From: Lytechinus pictus
Taxonomy: Eukaryota
Assembly: GCF_037042905.1 (NCBI RefSeq)
Contig: NC_087245.1
Span: 34,412,001 to 34,476,000, forward strand
DNA: 64,000 nt
Reading direction: 5' to 3'
Below, one piece after another: positions 61,822 to 64,000 of the stretch. The first letter of the stretch is position 1; each line of letters begins with the position of its first letter. The notes beneath the pieces are model-generated. The model saw nothing but the letters and a program-made list of their open reading frames with translations. It ran no database searches and was not told the DNA's origin. Position numbers and translations under genes: made by a program.

Positions 61822-62030
61822 ACAAAGGAAAGGGGGATGTGACATCATCATCCCACCTAATGAATGACAATGTGCATATAACTAATTTCACAAAATATTG
61901 ATAAACTTTAAAATTCATTGACTTTGTTATTTGTTATCCGATTTTGATTAAATTTTCAGCATTTTGCTCCAGATGTGAATTTTACTCTACTCATTGAGAT
62001 ATAAATATTTTCAGCCCAAACCATCCCTTT
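61822..62030 (-). mobile_element. Kolobok-like MITE fragment related to the 3011-3220 segment
   Basis: TGTGACATCATCATCCCACCTAA...AAATTTTCAGCATTTTGCTC...TTTCAGCCC is the reverse complement of the 3011 element's left part. Confidence 0.65.
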
Positions 62031-62182
62031 TACATGTAATGTGATAAAGTCATTTGATGTCCACAGCCTCATTCATGAACTCCAAATTACCATGACAAAC
62101 CATCATAACCAGCAGGGGTTTTTGTTTTTTATCTGAGATTTCAGCGCAAGAATGTACATGTATGTAATGTACTTTCAACAAC

Positions 62183-62459
62183 AACAAGCTGGGGTGAGCA
62201 CATAATATGCCCACCTGTAACATAGAAAATGGAGTTATTGGTCAAGCAAGAAAAGTGGAAGGTGGCGACTTGCCTTTTTTTTTACCTCAATCAAAGGGCT
62301 TCCTGGGATCCATGCTAGTATCATACACACCAAATTATATGACCCTTGGTTATAAAGTTAAACTGAAGTTATCGCATTTACTAATTAAAGAAAAGTTAAC
62401 GGACAGACAGACACCAAAAGATACCATAATAAGTCCCGTAAGGACGGGCGTATAAAAAA
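62183..62459 (-). mobile_element. Short HINE-like element, same family as 3219-5686
   Basis: AACAAG...GAGCACATAATATGCCC...GGGATCCATGCTAGTATCATACACACCAAATTA...GACGGGCGTATAAAAA. Confidence 0.8.
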
Positions 62460-64000
62460 TGTTAAAATCTATCTTCAAAAGATAAAGCTCGTCGAAAATG
62501 CTCACAAAGCGATTTGCTTGAACATATTATTTTTGGACTGAAAAACAATTATCATGAGACCTAAGAATAGAAGACTTGAGATGTAATTTGTGAAACATCA
62601 AGAGAAGTGAACCAACTCAACTCAATTACATGAGCTGCTTTCATTCCATGGGTTTACTTTTGATTTAGCCAATATTAGTCCACTAACTCAATACACTGTA
62701 CATAGCAGAAATTTGTACATTTACAGTTTACCCCATGCTACGTTGCCTCGGATGCTCTCACAGAGGAGCTATCTCTTTTTTAATAAAAAGCAAACATGCA
62801 AGCGAGCCTCTTCCATAAACCTCTTCTGACAAGCATCTAATGATTTTGTTTGCTAAACAATCTCAATGTCTGTGGTAACTGGTAAAGCACAGAAAAAATC
62901 TTTATTTCTCTTTCGTTATTACATGTAGGGCCGATACACTTGCAATGTACACAGTCCTAAAAGCTGCACAGCGATTGCGGGTGAACATTTTGTTTCATAC
63001 TATGTAGTTGTATGTTTGTAATACTAAAAATGATATAAAAATAATCTTAGATATTTTTATAGAACATTTTCTAAAATAAGATTTAAGAAAAACATCAGAG
63101 GGCAGTGGTAGAAAGGATTTCCAGGTGTATCTATTGAACATTGGGACCAAATATTTCATGATGGTCTGTCTATTAGTATTAAAGAGCAACAAGTACATGG
63201 AAGAATTTATATTTAATGTACAACAGATTTATTGACTTTACTTCAATCAGCTCTACATGTATATATAAACTTAAGCCGTCCAAAAATGATACTCGATTAT
63301 TCTCTGATCAGACCATCAGGCAAGCTCCTGTGCTATAAAAGTTTTGAAAGATTATTCAGTAGACCTACAACTTAACATTTTTCAAATCAGAGTTGCAATT
63401 GAATGTTACCAAAGGCCTAAAATGGGAAATCCATCAAAATATTGGGATGTTGTTTCATCTTCCATGATTGCATCTGTCCATCTGTTTCCCCCTGGTCTAA
63501 GGTCAAGAGTTGAATCTGTGCTACCAACTTGTCTATGGCAGGGATTCCTTTCGTTCTCCCCTGCGAGCCTCTTTCTACATCATCGGTTGCCATCTTGTTT
63601 TTCATTCACCTGGATGCGAGCCATGTCTGTGTTAGTCTTGCTTTCTACACTTTCTAAGGAGGTCTTCGGTACATACAGTACCAGTACAAAAGAGCCCAAA
63701 TAAAACCTTTTGTAAAAGAACGTACACTAAACATTATAAACAATGTACACTTGTACAAGGCTACATGTGCAATGTTCACGTACAAAGACAGCCAACAGGC
63801 AACAGGAATATGCGGTGCTTTTAATACCTTTTTAAAGCCAAAATGGGTGTCACTTTGTACGTAGGTTATGGCTATTACAGAGTTTTCATTGAACATTGCC
63901 CTTCCTCTTGGCACAATTAATGCAAGCCTCTACAGTACGTTGTACATGGACATAATTATCAAAAAAAAGTTAGCTTTCCTATTCTTATCATTATTTTATT

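Larger units (their letters stand above)
31153..64000 (-). other. Probable first intron of syndecan (>32 kb); signal-peptide exon presumably beyond the window
   Basis: The exon at 31152 opens with a phase-0 acceptor; I found no signal-peptide exon or other gene upstream in the window. Confidence 0.6.

Noticed and set aside
63417..63605. 62-aa minus-strand ORF as syndecan exon 1
   Set aside because: No hydrophobic signal peptide and no convincing phase-0 donor; it ends in its own stop.

Overview
AT-rich, intron- and repeat-rich animal genomic DNA, probably an invertebrate deuterostome such as a sea urchin (inferred from repeat types, not verified). Two spliced genes lie tail-to-tail. On the + strand is the 3' part of a Hippo/MST (STK3/STK4-type) kinase gene: linker exons 1751-1993 and 2374-2630, and the SARAH-domain exon 9726-9884. 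On the - strand is a syndecan gene: exons 31152-30999, 28708-28668, 26987-26777 and 25178-25012, ending KKKDEGSY...EFYA. No signal-peptide exon was found for it, so 31153-64000 is probably first intron. The rest is mostly non-autonomous DNA transposons, SINEs and local duplications, and most supplied ORFs appear spurious. Most notable observations: (1) recurrent short palindromic insertions at TA dinucleotides (TACATGTA, TACACTGTA, TAGGCCTA), shown by comparing arms and copies of repeats and resembling transposon excision footprints; (2) an expanded Thr-Met docking-motif array in the Hippo linker, plus a 97-bp intronic array carrying further in-frame exon ends; (3) two direct-repeat minimal hammerhead-ribozyme-like motifs 421 bp apart; (4) a 3- to 4-level transposon nest; (5) Hippo-syndecan linkage that mirrors human STK4/SDC4 and STK3/SDC2.
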